IMG/VR virus record: IMGVR_UViG_3300042197_003344
Coordinates: 1-64,000 of that record
Strand: one strand, 5' to 3'
Source: a virus
Length of the DNA: 64,000 bases
Shown: positions 20,361 through 30,833 of the stretch, piece after piece
Position numbering within the stretch: position 1 is the stretch's first letter
How the letters are laid out: each line of letters opens with the position of its first letter
The notes under the pieces: model-generated
The model's input: the letters and a program-made list of their open reading frames with translations, nothing else
What the model was told of the DNA's origin: nothing
Databases searched by the model: none
Position numbers and translations under genes: made by a program

Positions 20361-20842
20361 GAAATTACTCTCATTGGATTGATCCATTATGGGAACATCT
20401 AATTTTATCTAAAGATGGTCAAGCCCGTCCTAGAGATTGGCCACCGTCGAGCGCCGCCGAATCTTCTGAATATTTAAAATATCAAACAGCCGGATATGAT
20501 TTAACTGCTGTTAATTGGTGGGTGTATGAAGAAAAAGATCTAAACATCAATATTGATTTGCCTTGGGATCACTCTAAAATTCATTGGTGGTTTGTAAAAA
20601 TGATGCCGGGACAATTTATGCCCGTACACACTGATCCGCATACACATTATGATAAATGTAAAAGATATTGGATCCCTTTACAAGATTATCAATTAGGTCA
20701 CATATTTCTTTATGAAGATGAAATGATAAAAAATTATAAAGCGGGAGATGTTTTTATATTTGAAAACGCAATGGCAAATCATGGGGCGGCTAATATAGGA
20801 CACTCTCCTAGAATAACTTTGTTAATAACTGAGTATTTATAA
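20348..20842 (+). CDS. 2OG-Fe(II)/cupin oxygenase
   Basis: PVHTD...HGAANIG..R. Confidence 0.75.
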   Translation: MRYVGNYSHWIDPLWEHLILSKDGQARPRDWPPSSAAESSEYLKYQTAGYDLTAVNWWVYEEKDLNINIDLPWDHSKIHWWFVKMMPGQFMPVHTDPHTHYDKCKRYWIPLQDYQLGHIFLYEDEMIKNYKAGDVFIFENAMANHGAANIGHSPRITLLITEYL

Positions 20843-21964
20843 ATCAGCATTTTCAGCAGGATGCCCATCGTTTGCTTTCATAGTAAAGTTAATATCGATA
20901 TTTTTAACTTTATTTTTTAAAGTATCTACTAATCTATTTTGAGAGTTTAATCTATATTCTAATGAGTATTTTGATGCTGTGCCTTCATAGCAAAAAATAT
21001 TTGATAAATTTATAAAAGTTGATAAATCTAAATTTAAATGATCTAATAGATTTAAGTCATGGAGTAGATCTGTTTTTATAAATTTGTATTCTATATTATT
21101 TTTTCTAATACAGTTTTCTTTATAATAGTCTAATGCTTTTTGATTATAATCATAAAAAATTACAATTCCTTCTTTTATTAAATCAAGATACAATGTGCCG
21201 CTTGCCGGAATTACTATTTGATTGTAGATTTTTGTTACACCAGTAGACCATTCTGTATTTTTAGTGTGGATTAGCTCATTTTTACAAAAATCTAATTTAT
21301 AATCAATATAATTTTTATGTTTGTTGAATTCCTCTTCAACTTCTGGATAATAATGTTTTTTACTATTCCTTATATTGTCATCAAAAACCAAGACGGGAAG
21401 ATCGTTTTCAAACGCCAGTTTTAAAATATTCCATCCGTGGCATTTATGATCATAGGTTTTGAGTTCATTACCTTTGGTTACTATTATCGGAGTATAATCG
21501 TCATGAAAATTATTCGAACTTCGCAACGGTTCTATCTGTATGTGAGATTCGTTGAGCATTGATTTTCCGATCTCAGGACATCCCAATGCACGATAGTATT
21601 TTAAATTAATAACATAACATTGATGGTGTAGTTCGTAGTAGGCATTATGTTTCGTTCTATCTAAAATATGGCCTGCGATAAAGAAATCTTTATCTAGTAA
21701 ATTATTGAGGGCGTTAAAAAAATTAAAACCATTTATGTATTCTGTTCCGGGACTCATTACTATAGCATAATCATATTCGTTTGCTTTTTTTAAAAGAAGA
21801 TCTTCGTCTTTGCCAATTAGTACTTTATATCCTTTAATGTAGAGGTTAGATATTGTGAAGTCTAAAATATTTTGTATTGTTTCTTTTATTTCTTTAGTTG
21901 CGTAGGATGAAATATCGTTAACAATACAAAAAACAATATTGTGTTTATTTTTTGTATTATTCAT
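20837..21964 (-). CDS. hypothetical protein
   Basis: 375 aa ORF; no motif recognised with certainty. Confidence 0.7.
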   Translation of the reverse strand: MNNTKNKHNIVFCIVNDISSYATKEIKETIQNILDFTISNLYIKGYKVLIGKDEDLLLKKANEYDYAIVMSPGTEYINGFNFFNALNNLLDKDFFIAGHILDRTKHNAYYELHHQCYVINLKYYRALGCPEIGKSMLNESHIQIEPLRSSNNFHDDYTPIIVTKGNELKTYDHKCHGWNILKLAFENDLPVLVFDDNIRNSKKHYYPEVEEEFNKHKNYIDYKLDFCKNELIHTKNTEWSTGVTKIYNQIVIPASGTLYLDLIKEGIVIFYDYNQKALDYYKENCIRKNNIEYKFIKTDLLHDLNLLDHLNLDLSTFINLSNIFCYEGTASKYSLEYRLNSQNRLVDTLKNKVKNIDINFTMKANDGHPAENADL

Positions 21965-22971
21965 TTTCTTTGAAATTTTATTGGAAGAACGTTTTTTTCG
22001 GTTAATAATACTTCATGAATACTTGAAGGACACATCGAACATTCTTCTATTGGTTTAAATTTAGAAATAGAAAATTTTAGAGTATCGTCGTAAGAGCATG
22101 ATGTTAAATCTAAAGGCCTATATCTTATAAATTTCCCCCATTCGATATCGTTGATAGAATCATGTTTTGTAAGAAATTGTTTAAGTGTTCCTAGAGCTGC
22201 ACATTTATATAATTTTTTATCATACATAAATGTACAGTAACAGCTAGGACAATTATTAAAATATGACTTATTAATATCTTCTGAAAGAAAAGGCTTTGGG
22301 TTATTATCTTTCATATAGTAATGTTTTACGTGAATAGGTTGTTCGTGTAAAAAGATTCCGTAATTGCCGTTCCAAAATAAGATATTATCAGTTGGTTGTT
22401 TTAATTTATTTTCCTTTGCTGAATAATTTACCTCTTTATAGTTTTCAATTTCTTCCCAATAATTTTTCCAATCGTTGTCGTTTGGTCGTTTGTACATTAT
22501 TTCAGTCCAAAATAAATCACTGTTTACCTTGCTGATATTCATAGATTTGGCTAACTGGATACAAGAATCAAGGATCGACAAAGATTTTTTGTTATTTTCA
22601 AAGAGTTTGAAATGATCACTTACCATTAGTAAAACTTTGTATTTGGGTAATATTGAAGATAAAAACTCTATATTTTTTGAAATAAGTTCGCCATTTGTGG
22701 GTAAAAATATCAACGTGTCATTATCAATACTTCTAATATAATCTAATATAGATACAATTTTATCTTTATAAAGTAAAGGTTCTCCTCCTAGTAGACTAAA
22801 GATTTCAATATCAAATTTTTTTGATGCTAACAGAATACCTTCTTTGATAGATAAAATATTCGGATCAAACTCGCCCTTCCTGAAATCATCGCTTCTTGTA
22901 TCGCATTGATCACAGGCAAGCTGGCATCTGCTTCCATAAAAAATATCAAGAATTTTTATACTGGGTTTCAT
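21961..22971 (-). CDS. radical SAM protein
   Basis: CQLACDQC, LGGEP, LYKC..CSMC. Confidence 0.9.
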   Translation of the reverse strand: MKPSIKILDIFYGSRCQLACDQCDTRSDDFRKGEFDPNILSIKEGILLASKKFDIEIFSLLGGEPLLYKDKIVSILDYIRSIDNDTLIFLPTNGELISKNIEFLSSILPKYKVLLMVSDHFKLFENNKKSLSILDSCIQLAKSMNISKVNSDLFWTEIMYKRPNDNDWKNYWEEIENYKEVNYSAKENKLKQPTDNILFWNGNYGIFLHEQPIHVKHYYMKDNNPKPFLSEDINKSYFNNCPSCYCTFMYDKKLYKCAALGTLKQFLTKHDSINDIEWGKFIRYRPLDLTSCSYDDTLKFSISKFKPIEECSMCPSSIHEVLLTEKNVLPIKFQRK

Positions 22972-23704
22972 AAGATTTTTTATAACTTTTTGCAATTAAC
23001 TTAACGAAATCATTTAATCGTTGACCGGGTATTCCGTGAGCTATTAAATGTATTCTTGAATCATTATTAAAATTTATAACACTATGATAATTTCTTATGT
23101 TGACAATAAAAAATTTACCTTCTTTCCACGGAACACAACCGAGACCTTGTAGTGTCATGTAACAATCAGGAGGGTGTGAGATGGCCACGTTAATGGGCAC
23201 ACCAAATTCTAATGCATCAAAATTTTCCTCACCTGGAAGTTTACCGGGCATATCACTATGAGGTACGATAGCACTGTTTGATTCCAACTCCATAAAACGA
23301 ATTCGACGATAAGATTCATATGGAAAATTTTCCCAAAAAGATTTAATCATCGGTGTAAATTGTGATATTTCAGTCCAACGATACGGAACATCAATTTCGT
23401 TATTAAAACCGTATTTGGTCCAAGCTCCGGTTTTGTCAACATCTATACCGTGTATGCAACAGCTATTCCAGCCGTCATTATTTTCTTCTCTATGAGGTAC
23501 CAAATACTTATGTGCATAAGCAGCTTCATATTTCCAAGAATCGATGTCTATTTCGATATCTAATTCTAACCAACTAAAATTGCTTTTGTTTAATAACCAA
23601 TCTGCAATTTCAAAATCAGATACAATATTTTCTGGTAATTTAGGCAAAGAACTTTTATATTCTTTATTTGAATTATAAAAATCAAGAGATTGGAAACTTA
23701 TCAT
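22946..23704 (-). CDS. 2OG-Fe(II) oxygenase (Asp/Asn beta-hydroxylase-like)
   Basis: PHSD...YHSVIN...RIHLI. Confidence 0.8.
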   Translation of the reverse strand: MISFQSLDFYNSNKEYKSSLPKLPENIVSDFEIADWLLNKSNFSWLELDIEIDIDSWKYEAAYAHKYLVPHREENNDGWNSCCIHGIDVDKTGAWTKYGFNNEIDVPYRWTEISQFTPMIKSFWENFPYESYRRIRFMELESNSAIVPHSDMPGKLPGEENFDALEFGVPINVAISHPPDCYMTLQGLGCVPWKEGKFFIVNIRNYHSVINFNNDSRIHLIAHGIPGQRLNDFVKLIAKSYKKSYETQYKNS

Positions 23705-23743
23705 AATAATAATTATCCTTAAAAAAAGCAGTTAAATACAGTC

Positions 23744-24565
23744 ATGGCAAAATTAGTAATACCTCATATTGAATGGCATTTGGCACATTCTTGTAATTTT
23801 ACCTGCGAATCTTGCGCCCATTTTTCTAATCACGGTCATTCGGGAATAGTATCTAAAAAAACTTTAATCGAATGGTATTCGCATTGGAATCAACGGTTGC
23901 TCCCAAAAGAGATAGATCTCTTAGGCGGAGAACCTCTATTGAATAAAGAAGTATTAGACATTGTGTTAACTACTAGACAGATGTGGCCCGATAGTCAAAT
24001 TCGATTAATAACTAATGGTATACTATTGTCAAAATTTCCAGACCTTCCAAAAATATTGAAAGAAACCAACACAGTGCTGATCATATCGATGCACAGTGAT
24101 CACGAAGATTATCTACATAAAATGTCTAAAGTTTTTGATATTGTCAATGTCTGGATCAGAGAATTTGATATCGACGTAAAGACATTCGATTCGTATACTA
24201 ACTGGTCAAAATTGTATACAGGATACGGAAATAATATCGAACCGTATACTGATAATGATCCCGAACAAAGTTGGAACAACTGTATTACAGGACAAGATTG
24301 TTTTCAATTATATGAAGGTAACATTTATAAATGTTCTCCTTTAGCGTATTTAAAATTGCAAAAACAAAAATATAAATTATCTAGCAAGTGGGATCCATAT
24401 TTAAATTATGAACCGTTAAGACCTACAGCTTCAGACAATGAAGTAGAAGAATTTTTCAATAAAAAAGCTGAACGGTATTGCGGAATGTGTCCTAGTCGTC
24501 CAACAAGCTTTTTAAAAAATAATCCGCTGATATCTAGAAAATTTTATAGGATAAAGCAACAATGA
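23744..24565 (+). CDS. radical SAM protein
   Basis: CNFTCESC, LGGEP, IYKC..CGMC; paralogue of 21961-22971. Confidence 0.9.
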   Translation: MAKLVIPHIEWHLAHSCNFTCESCAHFSNHGHSGIVSKKTLIEWYSHWNQRLLPKEIDLLGGEPLLNKEVLDIVLTTRQMWPDSQIRLITNGILLSKFPDLPKILKETNTVLIISMHSDHEDYLHKMSKVFDIVNVWIREFDIDVKTFDSYTNWSKLYTGYGNNIEPYTDNDPEQSWNNCITGQDCFQLYEGNIYKCSPLAYLKLQKQKYKLSSKWDPYLNYEPLRPTASDNEVEEFFNKKAERYCGMCPSRPTSFLKNNPLISRKFYRIKQQ

Positions 24566-25422
24566 TAGATTTGCCTTATAAAAATGCAGGCCCGATTAAA
24601 GATCCCGAAGTGCTTGATTTTCTAAAACAATGTCTATCAGAAGGATTTAATTCTCTGTACGATAATCAAATACACGATAATTTTCTATCTAACTATGTGA
24701 CTTGGATAAAATCAACAAAGAATAATCAAATAATAGGTATTGACTCTTTTACTAAACTTTGTTTTTCTAACGGAACGTCGGAATCTTTTGACAAGTTTTA
24801 CATAAAAAATAAAAATAGAAGATTTAGATGTTTTAAAGCAGAATATATCTATCATAGATTAGCCTGGAGAAATTGTTGGCCGGACTGGCAATACATAGAG
24901 GATTCATCGCTATCAGAAAATGATGCTGTTGTAATAAGTCTTCCTTTTTCGGATACAGGTAATGAACATCGTGATATGAAAATTGTTTTAGATCAATGCG
25001 ATAGATTAGGAATACCTGTTTTAATTGACTGTGCTTATTTTGGAGCCTGTAGTAATGTGATTTTTGATTTTGATCACCCCTGTATTACTGATATAGTTTT
25101 TAGCTTATCAAAAACTTTTCCAGTCGCTCATCTTAGAATAGGAATGAGAATGACAAGAACAGATGATGATGATACCTTATTTGTGCATAATAAGATAGGG
25201 TATGTTTCGAGACTGTCGTCTTTTATTGGTAATCAATTAGTCACAAGATTTGATTCTGACTATATCTATAACAAATATCAAATCAAGCAGATTGATCTTT
25301 GTAACAATCTTTCTATAACACCTAGTAAATGTGTTTTGTTTGGTATTGGAGATAACTCTTGGATTCAATATAATAGGGGAGGAATAACAAATAGATTATG
25401 TTTAAATTCATATCTCATTTGA
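24562..25422 (+). CDS. PLP-dependent enzyme (fold type I)
   Basis: NGTSE, IDCAY, SLSK, RIG. Confidence 0.8.
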   Translation: MIDLPYKNAGPIKDPEVLDFLKQCLSEGFNSLYDNQIHDNFLSNYVTWIKSTKNNQIIGIDSFTKLCFSNGTSESFDKFYIKNKNRRFRCFKAEYIYHRLAWRNCWPDWQYIEDSSLSENDAVVISLPFSDTGNEHRDMKIVLDQCDRLGIPVLIDCAYFGACSNVIFDFDHPCITDIVFSLSKTFPVAHLRIGMRMTRTDDDDTLFVHNKIGYVSRLSSFIGNQLVTRFDSDYIYNKYQIKQIDLCNNLSITPSKCVLFGIGDNSWIQYNRGGITNRLCLNSYLI

Positions 25423-25434
25423 GATTTTTATATT

Positions 25435-26607
25435 ATGAAAAAAGGTAAAATTATAAATTTTGAATTACTATGGGATACACAAGATGATCCATGGCCGATT
25501 AACCTTAAATTAATATCAGAGGACATGAGAAAAGCCGCTGAGGAAGGATATAATTTAATTGTCGGAATTATGTTAGTTGAAGGAATACGACCAATAGACG
25601 AACCCGGTTTTCTTACATTCATGAATTCTTTAGAATCTTTGGGAAAAAAGATAGGAATCGAAGAAATAATATTGGTTACAGGGTCTTCTGAAAAATTTAA
25701 AAATATCAATGTTCCTTACAAGTTGTATCACGTAAATTGTAATTTAATTATTGCTTACAATAGCTATAAAAACTTGTTATCAGATCTTCCGTTCTATAAT
25801 TCGATTAATAAACAATTTTTATTTCTTACAGGCATAGCTACTCGTCCAAACAGAGTAGGATTATTAAGCAAATTTTATGATAATAAATTGTTAGAAAATT
25901 CAGTTTGGTCATTCTTTTATCCTGCTACAGATGGTGACAGACAGTGGTGTAGAAATTATCTTTCTCATTATGATGATTCGGAATATGAAAAATTTATTAC
26001 AGATTGTCAGAGGTCGGTTGATGATAGATATACTGAATACAATAAATTTCAAAGAGATGATTTTCAAAATCAAACTGATATAAATTGGATAGACATACGG
26101 CACACAGAATTTTGTAAAAATGAAACTTTTATCGATCCTGAAATATTTAGAGATACAGCTTTTAGCATAATAAGCGAAAGCACAAATTATTGGAATGAAA
26201 ATTTTGATTTTGTCACAGAAAAAACTTGGAGAACAATAATTCATAGACATCCTTTTATATTCGCAGGTCATCCAGATCAATTTATGTATTTGAAAAATTT
26301 AGGACTTAAAACTTTCGAAGACTATATGAAAATAAAGGATTATTGTTACATCAAAGATGAAAATACAAGATTAGATGCTATTGTAGAAAATACCAAAGAT
26401 TTTTTAATTAACCATAAAAAATATTCGGAAAACATACAGAAAGATGTTCAACATAACTTTTCTTTATTTTTAAGTCTAGCAAATGAAGAATTAAAAAATC
26501 TCAAAACACTAATGTCAAGTTACGGTGTTGATGTGCAAGATGTTGAACATTATTTTGATTGCACAGGATTTGATCATTTAATAAGGATTCCGAATGAGCA
26601 AAGGTAA
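25435..26607 (+). CDS. hypothetical, possibly glycosyltransferase-like
   Basis: FSIISES..FVTEKTWR..HPFI..LGLKTF. Confidence 0.5.
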   Translation: MKKGKIINFELLWDTQDDPWPINLKLISEDMRKAAEEGYNLIVGIMLVEGIRPIDEPGFLTFMNSLESLGKKIGIEEIILVTGSSEKFKNINVPYKLYHVNCNLIIAYNSYKNLLSDLPFYNSINKQFLFLTGIATRPNRVGLLSKFYDNKLLENSVWSFFYPATDGDRQWCRNYLSHYDDSEYEKFITDCQRSVDDRYTEYNKFQRDDFQNQTDINWIDIRHTEFCKNETFIDPEIFRDTAFSIISESTNYWNENFDFVTEKTWRTIIHRHPFIFAGHPDQFMYLKNLGLKTFEDYMKIKDYCYIKDENTRLDAIVENTKDFLINHKKYSENIQKDVQHNFSLFLSLANEELKNLKTLMSSYGVDVQDVEHYFDCTGFDHLIRIPNEQR

Positions 26608-27775
26608 AGTAATTAATCTTGAATGGTTACGAGACTGCAATTACTATGAAGAAAAAGAATTTAAAAATTTAAAATTGCAGTTGATAGAAAAAGAAATTCA
26701 ACAGGCATGTGGAAATGGTTGTAATATAATTGTTGGAATTTACCTTATGGATGGTTTTTTGCCTTATAGCAAAGAACAGTTTTCCTTAGAAATGACAGAA
26801 ATAAAAAATATTGCAGAAAAATATGATATAAAAAAAATATTAATTGTTTCGGGACATGGAGAAACGATAGGAGATATTGGATTACCTTATTGTTATTTTG
26901 ATTATACTCTTAGAATGACTTACAACGGTTATAGGAATATCTTGGACAGTATACCAAAATATAAAAAAGAAAAAAATAAAAAATTTTTATTGTTAGGAGG
27001 AAATTCTGCCAGACCTAATAGAATTGGGTTGTATAGTAAATTTTACGAAGAAAGAATGTTTGATAGATGTGTATGGACATTTTTTCCTCCTGATACAATT
27101 AATGATAAAAAATATTGTAGAAATTATCTTTCTCATTGGAATGATAATCAATACCAAGAATTTTTAAAATTTTGTCAAAGGTCTTTAGACGACACGTATG
27201 TCAAAGCGTCTTGTTATTTAGGTGATTATGCCAATCAATCAGAAAATAAAATTTTTTATGATTTAGCCAATGAAGAGTGGACTAGAAATATAGTCTATTT
27301 AGATCCGAACGTGTTTGCTGAAACAAGTTTTAGTGTGATTACAGAAGGTCCAAATTATTGGAGAGATAATCATAATTTTGTCACAGAAAAAACATGGAGA
27401 ACAATACTTCATCAACACCCTTTTATTCTAGTAGGTCATCCGGAACAACTCATATATCTAGAAAAATTAGGATTTAAAACTTTTTTAAATTATATGAAAA
27501 TTTCCGACTATGCCAATATATATTCAGACGCCGAAAAATTTCAAGCAGTTGTAGAAAATACAAAACATTTTCTAGAAATTCAGGATAAGTTTTCTGATCA
27601 AATAGAACAAGATGTTATGCACAATTATGATCTTCTTTTAGAAAAAATTAAAGATCAAGAAATATTTTTTGATTTTTTAAAAACTGAATATTATATTTCA
27701 AAAGAAGATATAGATTATTATTTTGATCGAACAGGCTACGATCAACTCATAAGGAATCCTGCTAATGGAATCTAA
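26594..27775 (+). CDS. hypothetical, tandem paralogue of the upstream gene
   Basis: RPNRIGL, FVTEKTWRT, HPFI shared. Confidence 0.5.
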   Translation: MSKGKVINLEWLRDCNYYEEKEFKNLKLQLIEKEIQQACGNGCNIIVGIYLMDGFLPYSKEQFSLEMTEIKNIAEKYDIKKILIVSGHGETIGDIGLPYCYFDYTLRMTYNGYRNILDSIPKYKKEKNKKFLLLGGNSARPNRIGLYSKFYEERMFDRCVWTFFPPDTINDKKYCRNYLSHWNDNQYQEFLKFCQRSLDDTYVKASCYLGDYANQSENKIFYDLANEEWTRNIVYLDPNVFAETSFSVITEGPNYWRDNHNFVTEKTWRTILHQHPFILVGHPEQLIYLEKLGFKTFLNYMKISDYANIYSDAEKFQAVVENTKHFLEIQDKFSDQIEQDVMHNYDLLLEKIKDQEIFFDFLKTEYYISKEDIDYYFDRTGYDQLIRNPANGI

Positions 27776-28691
27776 ATGTGCAGCATTTTGGCATCACACT
27801 AATATTCGAAGCGACGATAGGATTTTTCCTTGTTGTAGATTTAAAAGTCCTATTGCTAAATTTGATGGAAATGTTTCACAGGTGCTATTCTTAAAAGAAT
27901 ACAACGAGCTAAGAAAACAAAGTGTCGATAATATACCTATCAAAGGTTGCGAAAAGTGTTATTACGAAGAAGCTATAGGGAAGAAAAGTCTTAGACAAGA
28001 ATTTAATGAAACTTATGATTGTGAAACGATTTCGATAGAATATTTAGAAATTGGTTTTGATAACATCTGCAATTTAACTTGTGATGGCTGCTATGAGGAA
28101 TTTAGTTCTTCTTGGAGTAAATTAAAATATCCCAATGCAGAAAAATCAGTACATATTAAATCCACTAAAGAAATTATTGAAATTCCTAATTCTTTAAAAA
28201 AAGTTTTATTTTTAGGTGGTGAGCCTTTAATGACTAATCGACATCAAAAATTTTTAAATGTTGTTAAAGATAAGTCTAATGTAGAAATCGTATACAATAC
28301 TAATGGTACTTTTTTATTAGATAAAGATACAATAATACTTCTTGAACAATTTAAAAAAGTTTCATTCATCGTCAGTTTAGATGGTTTCAAAGATCTAAAT
28401 GAGCAGGTTCGTAGAGGAAGTAAATGGAATCAAATAGATGAGTTTATTAAACAAATTAAAACAACAAAATTTGATCTTTCCGTAAATACAGTTTTACACA
28501 TTAATAATTGGTTTGGTTTAAAAGAATTAGAAAAATACATAAAAGAAATAAATGTTCTTTGGAGTGTTAATTTTGTAACATATCCTAAACATTTAGATAT
28601 TATAAATGTAAAAGAAAAACAAATTCTTATCGATCTATTGAAATCGATAAAAACTGTAAATCTTGAATATATTATAAAACATGTTAGTTAA
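27765..28691 (+). CDS. radical SAM protein with N-terminal twitch domain
   Basis: KCAAFW..PCC..CEKC; CNLTCDGC; LGGEP. Confidence 0.9.
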   Translation: MESKCAAFWHHTNIRSDDRIFPCCRFKSPIAKFDGNVSQVLFLKEYNELRKQSVDNIPIKGCEKCYYEEAIGKKSLRQEFNETYDCETISIEYLEIGFDNICNLTCDGCYEEFSSSWSKLKYPNAEKSVHIKSTKEIIEIPNSLKKVLFLGGEPLMTNRHQKFLNVVKDKSNVEIVYNTNGTFLLDKDTIILLEQFKKVSFIVSLDGFKDLNEQVRRGSKWNQIDEFIKQIKTTKFDLSVNTVLHINNWFGLKELEKYIKEINVLWSVNFVTYPKHLDIINVKEKQILIDLLKSIKTVNLEYIIKHVS

Positions 28692-28718
28692 AATAGAACA
28701 ATATAAGGATTTTATAAA

Positions 28719-29312
28719 ATGAACACGACAGTATCTCAAGATTATTATGTCGCACCTTGGATGATTACGGAATGTGTAAAAATTTTTAGAGACGAGATGA
28801 AAAATTTTCAAAATATTAAAGAGCATTTAATAAATGTTTTAGATTTTGACGATTCTCCCGATCTTACAGAAGTTCATCCGAAAGATAGAACCAATGTTTC
28901 GATATATGTTATTTTTTTATACGATCACATGTATGCTGCCACAGAGGAAATACAGAAAAAATTTTCTAAAACTAGAAATTATGTTCAAACTATGCCCGGA
29001 GTTAACACTTTAAAGTGTATAGCTATAGGTCCCAATTCTATAGTTCCTTTACATCTAGATGATATGAATCGAGAACCTTATGATTTAAACAATTGGTATA
29101 GTGTGTTTACCGGAGTAATAGTTCCTAGCGAAGATGCAAATTTAATTGGTATCAAAATAGATAATGATATATACAGTCATGCTGAAGAAAAATCTATTAT
29201 TTTTGATACACAGATTCCTCATTGTGCTTGGAATAATACAGATCAATGGTGGATTAGCTTAAGATTTAGTACAAGTAAAGAAAATTTTCAAAATGTTAAT
29301 ATCATCAAATAA
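28719..29312 (+). CDS. Asp/Asn beta-hydroxylase-like 2OG-Fe(II) oxygenase
   Basis: PLHLD...FDTQIPHCAWN. Confidence 0.8.
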   Translation: MNTTVSQDYYVAPWMITECVKIFRDEMKNFQNIKEHLINVLDFDDSPDLTEVHPKDRTNVSIYVIFLYDHMYAATEEIQKKFSKTRNYVQTMPGVNTLKCIAIGPNSIVPLHLDDMNREPYDLNNWYSVFTGVIVPSEDANLIGIKIDNDIYSHAEEKSIIFDTQIPHCAWNNTDQWWISLRFSTSKENFQNVNIIK

Positions 29313-30354
29313 TCATTGGGATCAGTTAGAGGAGATTGTTGTTGGAGTAGCCACTAACGCCCGGGTGCCTACTGTAGATTCGAGTACCATGAATATGTGC
29401 TATAGTAATTATTCTATAGATCAAATAAAAAAACTAGAGGGTCGATATCCTCAATGGTTGATAGACGAAGCAAATGAAGATATGCAAGTGTTAGCAGATA
29501 CTCTGTCTTCTATAGGAATAAAAGTTCATCGACCGAGAATAATCGATCATAGCAAAGAATTTAGTACTCCAGAATGGAAAACAACAGGATGGTATACTTG
29601 GTGCCCAAGAGATTTGTTGTTACCTCTCGATAATTTGATGATAGAAACACCGAGTCCTTGCAGAGCAAGATATTTCGAAACTCGTGCCTATCACGACATC
29701 ATGTTAGAAGCAGTGAATGATGGAGTAGAATGGATATCTGCTCCGAAACCTATATTGACAGATGATAATTATCAATTTGTAGACATAAAAGAAAAACCAA
29801 GTCTTCGAAATTTAGAACCGATCTTCGATGCTCCCAATTGTGTAAGATTGGGTAAAGACATTCTTTTTCAAATTAGCAATACCGGAAATCATCTTGGTAT
29901 GAAATGGTTAAAGAACGTATTAGAAAAAAGAGGATACAGAGTTCACGCAGCAGAACATATATACAGTTTCGCTCATATGGACAGTACCATAATTCCTTTA
30001 AGGCCTGGATTAGTACTGTTAAATAGTACTAGAGTTACTCCAGAAAACTGTCCTAAATTATTTGATAAATGGGATAAAATTTATTTTCAAGATGTGGCTC
30101 AAACTCCGGTTCCGACAAGTGGTCCAGGATCGGTAAGTCCTTGTAGTCCTTATATAGGAATGAATATACTAAGCATAAATCCTAATACTGTGGTAGTAGG
30201 AAAAGATCAACTATCTCTAATTAAAGTCCTAGAATCAAAAGGATTTACAGTAATTCCGATGCCAATGAGACACGCTCGTACACTTAGTGGAGGGTTTCAT
30301 TGTGCTACGTTAGATCTTAGAAGAACAGGTCCTTTAGAGGATTATTTTCAATGA
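29293..30354 (+). CDS. amidinotransferase (inosamine-phosphate/glycine amidinotransferase family)
   Basis: WDQLEEIVVG, CPRD, FDAP, HMDS, GGFHCATLD. Confidence 0.9.
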   Translation: MLISSNNHWDQLEEIVVGVATNARVPTVDSSTMNMCYSNYSIDQIKKLEGRYPQWLIDEANEDMQVLADTLSSIGIKVHRPRIIDHSKEFSTPEWKTTGWYTWCPRDLLLPLDNLMIETPSPCRARYFETRAYHDIMLEAVNDGVEWISAPKPILTDDNYQFVDIKEKPSLRNLEPIFDAPNCVRLGKDILFQISNTGNHLGMKWLKNVLEKRGYRVHAAEHIYSFAHMDSTIIPLRPGLVLLNSTRVTPENCPKLFDKWDKIYFQDVAQTPVPTSGPGSVSPCSPYIGMNILSINPNTVVVGKDQLSLIKVLESKGFTVIPMPMRHARTLSGGFHCATLDLRRTGPLEDYFQ

Positions 30355-30833
30355 AGGGATATCACGGACAAATAGAAGATTTTTGGTCTGACTATTTGCA
30401 AAGCTATGTTTACCAACAACAGATACCTTATTCGGGAATGAGAGAATCATGGCACGAAAATTTCAATAACGGTCATCTTTTACAAAGCTTTGATGATCAG
30501 TTACCTCCAATATGGAAAAAATTTCAATCTTCTTTAAACGTATATAACGGCACTGTGGGTTGGATTAACATTCGACCTAATCAAATCATTGCACCTCATT
30601 TTGATCATTTTTATACACTGAAACAAAAACTAGGGACTACAGTCGAAAAATGTATAAGATATTTAATATTTTTAGAAGATTGGAAATTTGGCCAATACGT
30701 AGAGTTTGAAAATCTTTCTATTAGAAAATGGAAAAAGGGAGATGTTTGGTACTTTGATCATACCGAAGAGCATTGGGCTGTTAATGCAAGTAATTTTGAT
30801 TTTCATACTTGTCAGGTTAATACAATAAGATGA
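30351..30833 (+). CDS. 2OG-Fe(II)/cupin oxygenase
   Basis: PHFD...HWAVNAS. Confidence 0.75.
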   Translation: MKGYHGQIEDFWSDYLQSYVYQQQIPYSGMRESWHENFNNGHLLQSFDDQLPPIWKKFQSSLNVYNGTVGWINIRPNQIIAPHFDHFYTLKQKLGTTVEKCIRYLIFLEDWKFGQYVEFENLSIRKWKKGDVWYFDHTEEHWAVNASNFDFHTCQVNTIR

